From assembly GCF_009914755.1 (NCBI RefSeq), contig NC_060931.1: a DNA stretch of 64,000 nt; one strand, given 5' to 3'. A program made the translations under genes and the position numbers. Under the pieces are notes generated by a model, which was not told the DNA's origin, searched no databases, and saw nothing but the letters and a program-made list of their open reading frames with translations. The DNA comes from the human T2T-CHM13v2.0 reference genome, Homo sapiens. Below, in pieces: positions 62,055-64,000 of this stretch; position 1 is the stretch's first letter; every line of letters begins with the position of its first letter.

Positions 62055-62990
62055 ATTTATTTAAACTTTGTATTTTGAAGTAATTTTAGATGTAAAGAAA
62101 ACTTGCAAAAGTAGTACACAGAATTTCTGTATGCCCTTTGCCCATCTTCGTGTCATGTGAGCATCTTACATGACCATGGTACATTTATTTAAGAAACCAA
62201 TAGTTTAACAGTGGTACAGTACTATTGACTAAAGTACAAACCTTACTCAGATTTCACCAGTGTTTCCATTACTGTTCTTTTTCTGTTCTTAGATCCAGTC
62301 TTTAATTCCTCTTTGTATTTAATTGTCATGTTGTCTTAGTCTCCTTGGTTTCCTCCTTATCTTTCATAACCTTTACTTTCTTGTGAAGTACTGTTAGCAT
62401 TTTGTGGTGTTGTTTGTTTTGGTAGCTTGTCTCTCATCTTGGTTTTGCTCGATGTTTTCTCATGATTAGATTGAAGTTATGCATTTTTGGGAAGAATGCC
62501 ATAGAAACAGTATTGTACCTTTCTCAGTACATTTTATCAGGGAGTATGTGATGTCCATACATCTTATTACTGGTTATAATAATCTTGATTGCTTGTTTAA
62601 GATTGTGTCTTCTGGATTTCTCCACTGTAAATAAAGTTATTATTTTTTTCCCTTGTAATTAATGAATATTATGAGGGAGCTACTTTGAGACTGTGGAAAT
62701 ATCTTGTTTCTCCTCATATTTTCAGCCACTAATTTTAGTATCCCTCTGTGCATCTTGCCTACGATTATTGTGGTGTTTGCCTAATGAAGTTCATTACTTG
62801 TATATTTATTAGTTGATCATTACGTTAGAAAGAATTTTCTTCTTCTCCATGGAATCATTAATTTCTTCTGTGAAATAAAGTCTAATACCATATTTTTTTT
62901 GTTACTTAAATTGTTTCAGCTTTAGCCATTTGGAGCTTTTCAAGTGGGCTCCTGTATTTTTTTTTGACATGCTCCACCCCTCTCTTAATT
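62055..62990 (-). mobile_element. L1MC/MD-type fragment
   Basis: ttttgaagtaattttaga...tgcaaaagtagtaca...gatgttttctcatgattagattg. Confidence 0.7.
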
Positions 62991-63070
62991 CCTTTTTGTG
63001 GACTGCTACTTTGCTTTAAAGCGCCACAAGAATTTCTCTTATTTTATAGATTGTCTGCCTCTCCTCTCTG

Positions 63071-63374
63071 TTTTTTTTTTTTTTTTTTTTTTTTGAGGCG
63101 GAGTCTCACTCTGTCGCTCAGGCTGGAGTGCAGTGGTGCAATCTCGGCTGACTGCAACCTCCGCCTCCCGGGTTCACGCCATTCTCCTGCCTCAGCCTCC
63201 TGACCAGCTGGGACCACAGGCACCCACCACCACGCCTGGCTAATTTTTTGTATTTTTAGTAGAGACAGGGTTTCACCGTGTTAGCCCAGATGGTCTCGAT
63301 CTCCTGACCTCGTGATCTGCCTGCTTCGGCCTACCAAAGTGTTGGGATTACAGGCGTGAGCCACTGCGCCCAGC
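63071..63374 (-). mobile_element. AluY
   Basis: Full dimer; TSD cctctctgttt. Confidence 0.9.
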
Positions 63375-63648
63375 CTCCCCTCTCTGTTTCTAAGGAGAAA
63401 AGCCAGCTGTTTTTTAAAGAGTGAAATCAGGTGAAGTAGGTATAATAACTGAGGCTGAAAATTTCAAGACATGAAAGAACAGCAGGTGTAGTGATTATAG
63501 CTTTTGGGGTAGATATTAATAAGGTAAATATATTCATCTTTGTTTATTCATTTCACAATTATTGAATGTTTCCTTTTTACAAGTCATTCTGGGGAATTCT
63601 GAATTTTTTTAATATGTATGTGCACAAATATGTACATATATATGTGCC

Positions 63649-63652
<4 letters not shown>

Positions 63653-63683
<31 letters not shown>
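63653..63683. repeat. (TG)n microsatellite
   Basis: About 15 TG units. Confidence 0.95.
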
Positions 63684-63684
<1 letters not shown>

Positions 63685-64000
63685 TATCTATGGCGTTTTT
63701 GAGGTCTGATGTAGTTGTAAGGCATGTACATAGTAACTAGTAATGTTAGGTTTGCCGTGGAGGTATGTAGTTTTTACATTTGATCTTAGCCAAAAAGGGT
63801 GAGATGCAAAAGGAGATATTTATTTTTTAATGTAAAAAGTACTATGTGAGCTTTGGTGAGGAGGCAAAGATTAATTTTAAGTTATAATAATCCAGCAGAA
63901 TTTAAAATGGGATAACAATTAAATTGAAGAAAGAAGGGGGCAAATATTGAACACATTATTCTAGATACTATAAATATATTATCTATTTGTTAATATTTTG

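Overview
Primate, most likely human, genomic DNA rich in repeats (about 40 Alu/FLAM copies plus L1, L2, MIR, MaLR/ERV LTRs and DNA transposons). The first ~37 kb is intergenic and has no supportable coding sequence. A CpG island at ~38.4-39.4 kb is the promoter of TAX1BP1 (selective-autophagy receptor, + strand). Its non-coding exon 1 ends at 38685, coding exon 2 spans 46584-46752 (ATG at 46591) and exon 3 spans 56093-56195. These encode the first 88 residues of the SKICH domain, and the gene runs off the window end. Nearly all ORFs in the supplied track are Alu/LTR/low-complexity artefacts. I found no evidence of a new protein-coding or prokaryote-type system. The most noteworthy signals are: (1) a full-length antisense HERV-K(HML-2) LTR5_Hs-type solo LTR with an intact OCT4-type octamer, inserted inside an Alu 1.4 kb below exon 1; (2) a 9-codon uORF in exon 1; (3) a multi-segment inverted templated insertion in intron 2 and a fold-back insertion in intron 3; (4) a 25-bp tandem array of HSE/STAT-like motifs ~5 kb upstream of the promoter. 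Repeat subfamily names come from recalled consensus sequences and should be confirmed with RepeatMasker/Dfam.
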